This document shows, one piece after another, positions 7,828 through 14,409 of a DNA stretch of 14,409 nt; positions within the stretch are counted from its first letter, which is position 1, and every line of letters starts with the position of its first letter. A program made the translations under genes and the position numbers. Source of the DNA: Candidatus Xenobia bacterium (GTDB taxonomy: Bacteria; Vulcanimicrobiota; Xenobia; Xenobiales; QWHO01); assembly GCA_045863235.1 (NCBI GenBank), contig BTUM01000130.1:1-14409 (forward strand), read 5' to 3'. The notes under the pieces are model-generated. The model saw only the letters and a program-made list of their open reading frames with translations, did no database searches and was not told the DNA's origin.

Positions 7828-7864
7828 TGACCGGTCGGGATGACCCTGGCTCGAAGGCGCCCAA

Positions 7865-7917
7865 TCTACACTCCCGCGCGTTGACCTGTTCAAAATTGGA
7901 ACGCGCGGGAGTGTAGA
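7865..7917. repeat. Perfect 18-bp inverted repeat with 17-nt spacer in a divergent intergenic region
   Basis: tctacactcccgcgcgtt (7865-7882) / aacgcgcgggagtgtaga (7900-7917). Confidence 0.95.
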
Positions 7918-7931
7918 CAATCTGTTGAACG

Positions 7932-7969
7932 GCGCCGCGCCAGTTCCTGAAGTGCTCAACGCGCGGCGC
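7932..7969. repeat. Second inverted repeat (9-bp arms, 20-nt spacer)
   Basis: gcgccgcgc (7932-7940) / gcgcggcgc (7961-7969). Confidence 0.7.
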
Positions 7970-8033
7970 GGTCCTTAACCTGACGATCGCTGCGCGCAGA
8001 AGGGGACAGAACCGCAGCAACGAACTCGCGCCC

Positions 8034-8630
8034 ATGCGCCGGGTTTTCTGGCTGGTTTTTCTTTTCTTGATGGGTTGCGGAGGCGAGATCAAGCACCCGC
8101 TCGTTGCCCATGGCATCTTCCTTGGCCCTGCAGGCCGTCCTGAGGAAGTCATCAGTCTGAAGGTTCCCGGTAGCTGGGAGCTGCGCGAAGGTTTGAAGGA
8201 AGTCGTCCTGGTGGCCATCAGCCCGGTGCGCAAGGGCCATGACTTTCGGGAGAATCTCACGGTCGTCTCGGTTCCACTCGAAGCGGGCGAGACCGGTCAG
8301 GCTTTCGTGCAACGCAGCCTGAAAGAAGCCTCCAAACTGGAAGGCTTTGAAAGCCTGCCCTCACCGGATGCCTCCCGCTGGGCCCTCTACCGGCACAGCT
8401 ACGGGGGCCAGCCCGTCCAGGTCATGGCTTACTTCCTGACTCGCGAGAGCTACGGCTACATCTTCGCATTCAGCTGCGCGCCGGACGACTTCGCCGAGAC
8501 CCGGGGGCTTTTCGAATCCATCGCTCGCACCATCTCCGTCGAGCCCGAGCAGCGCCAGAAGATGAAAGAGCTTCTGGATAGCTTGCACAAGCACGACGCG
8601 GTCATGAACAAGCACTTTCCCAAGCATTGA
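8034..8630 (+). CDS. Putative lipoprotein, PsbP/DcrB-like fold, 198 aa
   Basis: MRR + hydrophobic stretch + lipobox LMG-C. The SLKVPGSW...FRENLTVV...YIFAFS...F..IARTI pattern resembles PsbP/DcrB-like domains; fold assignment is tentative. Confidence 0.75.
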   Translation: MRRVFWLVFLFLMGCGGEIKHPLVAHGIFLGPAGRPEEVISLKVPGSWELREGLKEVVLVAISPVRKGHDFRENLTVVSVPLEAGETGQAFVQRSLKEASKLEGFESLPSPDASRWALYRHSYGGQPVQVMAYFLTRESYGYIFAFSCAPDDFAETRGLFESIARTISVEPEQRQKMKELLDSLHKHDAVMNKHFPKH

Positions 8631-9415
8631 GAGCCTTTCTGCTCGGCTGGCTGCTGCTCGCCCGGTTGGCGGCCCAGGAAGGCACGTTCTACGAGAACTG
8701 GAATCTGGAGCAAAACCGCCGCTGGATCGCCTCCCGCTCCTCCCAACCCGAGGCCAGCGTCGGTGTCTTTGCCGACTACGGGGTCTGGAATCTGGGGGCT
8801 CGCTCGCTGGTGCAGGCCCTGGAAGAGAGTCAGCTCCCCTGTCGGGTCTTCGACCGCTCCGGGCTGACTCGCGACAAGCTGTCCGGGCTGAAGGTGCTGA
8901 TCCTCCCGGGCGGGCTGGCGCCCCTGCAGTATCAGGCAGCCGGCAAGCAGGGCCTGGAGGCGGTGGAGCAGTTCGTGCGCTCCGGAGGGCGAGTGCTGGC
9001 CATCTGCGCCGGGGCTTACCTGGTCTCGCGGGAGGTGCGCTATGAGGGCAAGAGCTATCCCTATCCGGTAGGCCTGTTCGACGGGGTGGCAGAGGGACCG
9101 GTGGCCGGGCTGGCCGTCTATCCGAAGGCCGGACCGGCCCGGTTGAGCTTGACCGAGGAGGGACGCGAGCGAGGCCTGGGGCCCATCGACGGGAAATCCG
9201 CCCTGTATGGCAGCGGGCCTCGTTTCGTGGGCGGTAGTCAGGTCACGGTTCTGGCCCGTTACCACGATCAGAGCGCGGCGGTGGTGTGCCGTCCGCTGGG
9301 GAAGGGCGAGGTGGTGCTGAGCGGGGTTCACTTCGAGCGACCGCTGGAGGGCAAGGACTCTGACCCGCCTCCCCCCGAGGCGGCGTCGACCTTGAGAGCG
9401 TTGATCCGTCTTTGA
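8627..9415 (+). CDS. BPL_N / class I glutamine-amidotransferase-like protein with N-terminal signal peptide, 262 aa
   Basis: VLILPGG, FVRSGGRVLAICAGAY (nucleophile-elbow Cys), LSGVHFE (His-x-Glu). TTG start overlaps the upstream TGA; N-terminus MRAFLLGWLLLARLAA-QE. Confidence 0.8.
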   Translation: MRAFLLGWLLLARLAAQEGTFYENWNLEQNRRWIASRSSQPEASVGVFADYGVWNLGARSLVQALEESQLPCRVFDRSGLTRDKLSGLKVLILPGGLAPLQYQAAGKQGLEAVEQFVRSGGRVLAICAGAYLVSREVRYEGKSYPYPVGLFDGVAEGPVAGLAVYPKAGPARLSLTEEGRERGLGPIDGKSALYGSGPRFVGGSQVTVLARYHDQSAAVVCRPLGKGEVVLSGVHFERPLEGKDSDPPPPEAASTLRALIRL

Positions 9416-9428
9416 CAGGGCCACGAGA

Positions 9429-9462
9429 GTTTAAGACCCCTTTCAGCCACCAGGGCTACGCT
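9429..9462 (+). promoter_or_regulatory. Putative promoter: TTTnAG direct repeat plus -10 hexamer TACGCT, likely leaderless
   Basis: gtttaagacccctttcag (9429-9446), 10 nt, TACGCT (9457-9462), 7 nt, ATG 9470. 14/18 identical to 1797-1814. Confidence 0.6.
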
Positions 9463-9469
9463 CTGTTGG

Positions 9470-10711
9470 ATGATCAGCCATCGCCTGCCCTGGCATGCTC
9501 CCTGGCCCGCCAGCTCGCGCCTCGAGAACGCGACCGCGGTTCTGGCCAGCGAGTCTAAATTCGACCTGGAGCGGCGCCGGCAGGCGCAGGGACCATTTCT
9601 GCCCGTCTCGCCGCCCCTGCGCTCGGGCTCGACGCTCTGGCTCACCGGGCTGCAAGAGCTCATCCAACTCGATGCCGACAGCCTGAACGTCACCGGGCGC
9701 GACGAACAGCCCCGACTGTCCAATGAGGGCGCCGCCATCTTGCCAGACGGACGCCTGATTTACGTAGAGGTGCATGCCACCACCCTGCGCACGGCCGATG
9801 GCCAGGTCTTCCACGCCGCCGGCGGCCGAATCAGCTCGCGCATCGCCTTCACCCCGGACGGCAAGCCCGTGGTGGGAGTGGCTCCCAACCAGATCCAGGT
9901 GGTGGGAGGTCCCACCTGCCTAATACCTCCGGCCGCCGAGCAAACCCCCGAGTGCGACCGGGTGCTGGCCCTGGCCGCCGGAGAGCAAGCGCTGGTGGGG
10001 CTGACCCGCGACGGCCGGGCGGTCGGTTTCGGCCATGACGGCAGGCTGCTCTGGAGCGTGAGCGAGAAGATGACCTGGCCCCGCGTGCCCCCCGTCTTCT
10101 CGCCGGACCAGAAGACCGTTTACCTGGCCTCGGTGGAGGGCGCGGTGGTGGCCCTGAATGCTGAGAATGGAAGCGAGCGCTGGCGCTGCAAGATAGAGGG
10201 CCATGCCCTGACCCCGCCGGCCCTGGACAAGATGGGAAACCTGCACCTATACACCAGCCCCAGCCAGGTAGTGAAGATCAGCTCCGAGGGGAAGCTGGAG
10301 CGCAGCACGCCCTCGGGCACCACCTACTACGTCTCCATGGGCTACTCACCCCAGCTCGAGCTGGACCGCATGGGCAATGCCGTGGTGCTGGCCAATCCGG
10401 ACGAAACCCTGGTCTTCTCGCCCGAGGGATATCGCTTGATGCGGCTCACCACCGCCGAGCTGTTCGATGGAATGGGCGAGTACGTGGACTCGTTTGCCCT
10501 GAGCCCGGAGCGCGATCGGGTGATCTTGCTGAGCGGCTCACGAGGAGTGACCGAGGTGGAGCTGCCCCGCACCCCTCAAGAGCAGAAAGCCCGTCTGCGA
10601 GCGGCCATCGCCCGTCGAGACAGCCAGCGGGAAGGGCCTCAGGTGGCCGTGCAGGAGGACTGGGTGACCGTGCGCGGAGCGCGGTTGCGCCGACGCAAGC
10701 TGGAAGGCTGA
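9470..10711 (+). CDS. PQQ-like beta-propeller protein B, 413 aa, with basic C-terminal tag
   Basis: Blade motifs IAFTPDGKPVVG, DGRLLWS, PPVFSPDQKTVYLASVEGAVVALNAENGSERWR, PPALDKMGNLHL. No signal peptide. Confidence 0.85.
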   Translation: MISHRLPWHAPWPASSRLENATAVLASESKFDLERRRQAQGPFLPVSPPLRSGSTLWLTGLQELIQLDADSLNVTGRDEQPRLSNEGAAILPDGRLIYVEVHATTLRTADGQVFHAAGGRISSRIAFTPDGKPVVGVAPNQIQVVGGPTCLIPPAAEQTPECDRVLALAAGEQALVGLTRDGRAVGFGHDGRLLWSVSEKMTWPRVPPVFSPDQKTVYLASVEGAVVALNAENGSERWRCKIEGHALTPPALDKMGNLHLYTSPSQVVKISSEGKLERSTPSGTTYYVSMGYSPQLELDRMGNAVVLANPDETLVFSPEGYRLMRLTTAELFDGMGEYVDSFALSPERDRVILLSGSRGVTEVELPRTPQEQKARLRAAIARRDSQREGPQVAVQEDWVTVRGARLRRRKLEG

Positions 10712-10717
10712 AGTGCT

Positions 10718-10761
10718 GGTCTGCATGGTGATCACTCTCTCCTTGCTCGGTGCTGCAGACC
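10718..10761. repeat. Inverted repeat just after propeller B (possible terminator or RNA-stability hairpin)
   Basis: ggtctgca (10718-10725) / tgcagacc (10754-10761); long loop and no clear U-tract. Confidence 0.35.
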
Positions 10762-10820
10762 GAGGGCTTTCGGATCGTCCGGCAGGCAAATGATGATCCG
10801 TCTCAGAATGAGCCTCGCCC

Positions 10821-11699
10821 GTGAAAGCCTTCTACTGCGATACCTTCGTGCTGCCCCTGCCGGACGGGCATCGTTTCCCCATGCAGAAGTACAGGCTCTT
10901 GCGTGAAGCCCTGCTGGACGCGCCAGGCTTGACCCTGTCCTTGCCCGACCCGGTGGACGATGAGACCCTGGCCCGCGCCCACACGGTGGATTACATCCAG
11001 CGCGCCTCGCGCGGCCAGCTGAGCGCCCAGGAGGTCCGCGAGCTGGGCTTCCCCTGGTCGCCCCAGCTGGTGGAGCGCAGCCGACGCTCGGCCGGGGCGA
11101 CCGTGCAGGCCGCCCGGGCCGCCCTGCAAGAGGGCGTGGCCGTCAACCTGGCCGGGGGCACCCACCACGCCTTCGCCGATCGTGGAGCCGGCTTCTGCCT
11201 CTTCAACGACTCGGTCATCGCCGCCCGGGCCCTGCAGGCCGAGGGGTTGGTGGAGCGGGTGCTGGTCGTGGACACCGACGTGCACCAGGGTAACGGCACC
11301 GCTGCCATCGCGGCCGGAGATGAGACTCTCTTCACCTTCTCCATCCACGGCCAGCACAACTATCCCCTGCGCAAGGAAGAAAGCGATCTCGACCTGGGCC
11401 TTCCCGATCAGACCGGCGACGAGGATTACCTGACCGCACTGGAGCGCGGCCTGGAGGAGGCCTTGCAGCGCTCCCGCCCCGACCTGGTGTTGTTCGTGTC
11501 AGGGGCCGATCCGTTCGAAGGCGACCGCCTCGGCCGCCTCAGGCTGACCCTCCCGGGTCTGCGCCGCCGCGACGAGCTGGTGCTGCGGCGATGCCAGGGA
11601 CTGCCGGTGGCCATCAGCATGGCCGGGGGATACGCCCACGACGTGGCCGACACGGTGGCCATCCACGTCCAGACGGTGAAGGCGGCCCTGGCCCGATGA
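10821..11699 (+). CDS. Histone deacetylase family Zn-dependent amidohydrolase (HDAC11/class IV-like), 292 aa
   Basis: HRFPMQKY, NLAGGTHHA, GFCLFND, DTDVHQGNGT, GADPFEGDRLG, GGY. Confidence 0.95.
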   Translation: MKAFYCDTFVLPLPDGHRFPMQKYRLLREALLDAPGLTLSLPDPVDDETLARAHTVDYIQRASRGQLSAQEVRELGFPWSPQLVERSRRSAGATVQAARAALQEGVAVNLAGGTHHAFADRGAGFCLFNDSVIAARALQAEGLVERVLVVDTDVHQGNGTAAIAAGDETLFTFSIHGQHNYPLRKEESDLDLGLPDQTGDEDYLTALERGLEEALQRSRPDLVLFVSGADPFEGDRLGRLRLTLPGLRRRDELVLRRCQGLPVAISMAGGYAHDVADTVAIHVQTVKAALAR

Positions 11700-14335
11700 A
11701 GCCCGGGCAACGCGTGGTCAACGAGGCCGAGCCCACCCTGGGCCTGGGGCGGGTGGAGCGGCTCGTGCCCCCTCGCTCCATCGAGGTGGCCTTCCCGGCC
11801 GTGGGCGAAACCCGTCTCTACAACGTCAAGACGGCACCCCTGCGCCGGCTGGTGCTGCAGCCCGGCCAGCAGGCCGTGGGCCGCGACGGCCGGCGCTTTC
11901 GCGTGGAGCGGGTGGAGGAGCAGGACGGCCTGCTCATCTACCGGGGCCAGGGGCGCAGCCTGGCCGAAGCCGAGCTCGCCGACCAGAACACCTCCACCTC
12001 GGCGGCTGACGACCTGCGCCACGGGCGACTCTCACACTACCAGCTGTACGACCTGCGCGAGCGAGGCTGGCGGGTGCGCCGCGATCTGCTGGCCTCCCAG
12101 GCCCGAGGACTGGCCGGGGCGCGCGTGCGCCTGCTCCCCCACCAGCTTCACATCGCCTACACGGTGAGCCGCCGGCTGCTGCCCAGAGTGCTGCTGGCGG
12201 ACGAAGTGGGGCTGGGCAAGACCATCGAGGCGGGACTGATCTTCTCGGCCCTGCGAGCCCTGGGGCGGGCCGACCGGGTGCTGATCCTGACCCCACCCTC
12301 GCTTCTTTACCAGTGGCTCACCGAGCTGGTACGCCGCTTCAACGAGCTCTTCTCAGTGCTCGATTTCGAGCGCTACGAGGAGCTGCTGGAGGTGGAGGAC
12401 GGGCTGACCCCGTTCGAGCGATTGACCCGCATCATCGCCCCCATCACCCTGCTCTCCGACGAGGAGGCGCTGGAGGAAGCCGTCTCGGCCAGTTGGGACC
12501 TGGTCATCGTGGACGAGGCCCACCACCTGCTGGAGGGCTACACCGACGCTCTGCGCCAGCTCAGTCTGCGAACCCGAGGCCTGCTCTTGCTGACGGCCAC
12601 CCCCATGCGCCAGGGCTGGCAGACCGAGTATGCTCTGCTACACCTGGTCGACCCCGAGCGCTTCGGATCGCCCGAGGCCTTCGAGGAAGAGCACCTGCAC
12701 CTGCAGGAGGTAGCCCGCGCCGCCCGCGACCTGGACCCGAAGCGCTTGAAGGAGCTGTTCCCCGAGGACCGCTCGCTGGCCGAGTTGCTCGACGAGAAGG
12801 CGCCCCGCGAGGAGATCCTGCAGAGCCTGATCGACCGTCACGGCACCGGCCGCGTGCTCGTGCGCAACCGGCGCGAGCGCTTGCAGGGCTTTCCCGGCCG
12901 GCGCGTGCACCCGGTTCCGGTCGAGGACCGGCTTAACTGGCTGTTCGACTTCGTGCGGGCCCACGACAAGACTGTGCTGATCGCCCGCGATGCCCACACC
13001 GTGCTCGAGCTGCAGCGCGCCTTCCGCGAGGAGACGGGAATCCTGACCGCCACCTTCCACGAGGGGCTGAGCATCCTCGAGCGCGACCGCCAGGTGGCCT
13101 ACTTCGCCCAGAACGATGGAGCTCAGATCCTCCTCTCCAGCGAGATCGGAGGCGAGGGCCGCAACTTCCAGTTCGCCCACCACCTGGTGTTGTGGGACCT
13201 GCCCCTGTCGCCCGACCTCCTCGAGCAGCGCATCGGCCGCCTGGACCGCATCGGCCAGGACCGCGAAATTCAGGTCTACGTCCCCTTTGCCCCCGATAGC
13301 CCCGAGGAGATCCTGTTTCGCTGGCACCACGAGGGACTCGACGGCTTCGAGCACCCGGTCAACGGCAGCGAGCTGGTACGCGAGGAAGTGCAGGACGAGC
13401 TCGAGGACGTGCTGACCACGCACCAGGGTCTGGAGAGGCTGATCGAGCGCACCCGCCGGGCCCTGGAGGCCCATCAGAAGGCTCTGCAAGACTCGGTGGA
13501 CGTGCTGGTCGACCTGAACTCGTTCGACCCGGTGCTGGGCGAGCAGCTGGTCAGCAGGGTGAGCGAGCAGGAGGCCAATCTCGAGCTGCGTGACTTCTTG
13601 AGCCGTGCCCTGGAGAGCTTCGGGGTGCAGGAGGAAGAGCTGGCCGAGAAGGGTTTGCTACGCATCAAAGCGGGCGATCTGATGACGGTGGACAGCTTCC
13701 CCGGCCTGGGCCATGACCGGGCCTTCCTGGCCACCTGGGACCGCGAGCTGGCCCTGATGCGCGAGGACGTGGAGTTCTTGTCGGCTGACCATCCGCTGGT
13801 GGAAGGCTCGCTGGCCATGGCCCTGGACCAGGATGAGGGGCGTGCCTCCGCCGCGCTCTGGAACGGGGCCCCCGAGAAAGGGGTGCTGGTACAGCTGCTC
13901 TACCTGATGCAGGGGATCGGTCCGGCCGAGCTGGAGCTGGCCCGCTACCTTCCCCTGGAACCGCTCTCCATTCACCTGGACGCGCGCGGACGGGATCGTG
14001 CCGACCTGGTGCCCCCTGACCACTCGATGGTGGGGGTGGGCGCGGAGGGAGCGGCCAGCCTGGTGGCCGTGCTCGAGCCGCACCTGGCTAACTGGCTTGC
14101 CCGGGCCGAGCAACTGGCAGCCGAGCGCGCCGCTCCCCTGAAGGCGGCCGCCCTGGAGTCGGCCCGGGAGATCCTTGACAGCGAGCTCGACCGGCTGGAA
14201 GAGCTGGCCCGGGTCAACCCCACCGTGCGCCCGGCCGAGCTCGAGGGACAGCGCCAGCGGCGCGAGCAGATCCTGGAGGCGCTCGAGGAGAGCCGGCCGA
14301 CGCTGGAGGCCATCCGGGTGATCGTGCTGCGTTAA
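11696..14335 (+). CDS. rapA: RNA polymerase-associated SNF2-family ATPase RapA (HepA), ~879 aa
   Basis: RapA-type N-terminus GQRVVNEAEPTLGLGRV, LLPHQLHIA, LLADEVGLGKTIEAG, VDEAHHL, LLLTATP, LIDRHGTGRVLVRN, SEIGGEGRNFQFAHHLV, LEQRIGRLDRIGQ, C-terminus LEAIRVIV. ATG 11696 overlaps the HDAC stop (ATGA). Confidence 0.9.
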   Translation: MKPGQRVVNEAEPTLGLGRVERLVPPRSIEVAFPAVGETRLYNVKTAPLRRLVLQPGQQAVGRDGRRFRVERVEEQDGLLIYRGQGRSLAEAELADQNTSTSAADDLRHGRLSHYQLYDLRERGWRVRRDLLASQARGLAGARVRLLPHQLHIAYTVSRRLLPRVLLADEVGLGKTIEAGLIFSALRALGRADRVLILTPPSLLYQWLTELVRRFNELFSVLDFERYEELLEVEDGLTPFERLTRIIAPITLLSDEEALEEAVSASWDLVIVDEAHHLLEGYTDALRQLSLRTRGLLLLTATPMRQGWQTEYALLHLVDPERFGSPEAFEEEHLHLQEVARAARDLDPKRLKELFPEDRSLAELLDEKAPREEILQSLIDRHGTGRVLVRNRRERLQGFPGRRVHPVPVEDRLNWLFDFVRAHDKTVLIARDAHTVLELQRAFREETGILTATFHEGLSILERDRQVAYFAQNDGAQILLSSEIGGEGRNFQFAHHLVLWDLPLSPDLLEQRIGRLDRIGQDREIQVYVPFAPDSPEEILFRWHHEGLDGFEHPVNGSELVREEVQDELEDVLTTHQGLERLIERTRRALEAHQKALQDSVDVLVDLNSFDPVLGEQLVSRVSEQEANLELRDFLSRALESFGVQEEELAEKGLLRIKAGDLMTVDSFPGLGHDRAFLATWDRELALMREDVEFLSADHPLVEGSLAMALDQDEGRASAALWNGAPEKGVLVQLLYLMQGIGPAELELARYLPLEPLSIHLDARGRDRADLVPPDHSMVGVGAEGAASLVAVLEPHLANWLARAEQLAAERAAPLKAAALESAREILDSELDRLEELARVNPTVRPAELEGQRQRREQILEALEESRPTLEAIRVIVLR

Positions 14336-14354
14336 CTCAGGTGAGAGCTGAGTT
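14334..14354 (+). terminator. Weak hairpin at the rapA stop codon
   Basis: aactcag (14334-14340) / ctgagtt (14348-14354), 7-nt loop; poor U-tract. Confidence 0.3.
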
Positions 14355-14409
14355 GGCCTTCAGCCCGGCGCAACGCTCACCACCCGCATCTCCCCCAGCA
14401 AGACCTCGC

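Noticed and set aside
3670..7830. Long + strand ORFs 3670-4767, 4768-5955 and 6484-7830, plus similar antisense ORFs (795-1520, 1744-3078, 8456-9424, 12638-13489)
   Set aside because: Antisense shadow frames of well-supported genes, expected in high-GC coding DNA; no recognisable motifs.
7865..7980. attC site, CRISPR repeat or tRNA interpretation of the inverted repeats
   Set aside because: No properly placed RYYYAAC/GTTRRRY boxes or integrase, no repeat-spacer periodicity, and no cloverleaf.
11591..11695. Upstream ATG 11591 for rapA
   Set aside because: It overlaps the HDAC gene by more than 100 bp; RapA homology and the ATGA coupling indicate 11696.
11696..14335. SNF2 helicase as part of an anti-phage system (e.g. 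DISARM DrmD)
   Set aside because: RapA-specific N- and C-terminal motifs are present and no methylase, DrmA/B or other defence genes are adjacent within the window.

Overview
GC-rich bacterial chromosomal window with about 11 protein-coding genes and no rRNA, tRNA, CRISPR array or transposase that I can see. On the + strand: ogt-like O6-methylguanine methyltransferase; an acidic Pro-linker/beta-hairpin-repeat protein with its own RBS and terminator; PQQ-like beta-propeller protein A coupled to tag (3-methyladenine glycosylase I). On the - strand: a TPR protein with a poly-Lys tail, then a membrane hybrid histidine kinase. After a divergent intergenic region with a perfect 18-bp inverted repeat, again on +: a lipoprotein, a signal-peptide BPL_N/GATase1-like protein, PQQ-like beta-propeller protein B, a histone-deacetylase-family protein and rapA. 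The most notable signal is that the two divergent, signal-peptide-less propeller genes, 7.6 kb apart, share two features. One is the same upstream architecture (GTTTnAG-N5-TTTnAG, 10 nt, TAnnCT, 6-7 nt, start codon, no Shine-Dalgarno). The other is the same ~20-aa C-terminal tag (QVxxxxD[FW][LV]x[IV]xGxx[VL]Rx[KR]K). I infer a co-regulated family of proteins carrying an uncharacterised C-terminal sorting/export or docking signal. All calls come from reading the sequence; no database searches were run.
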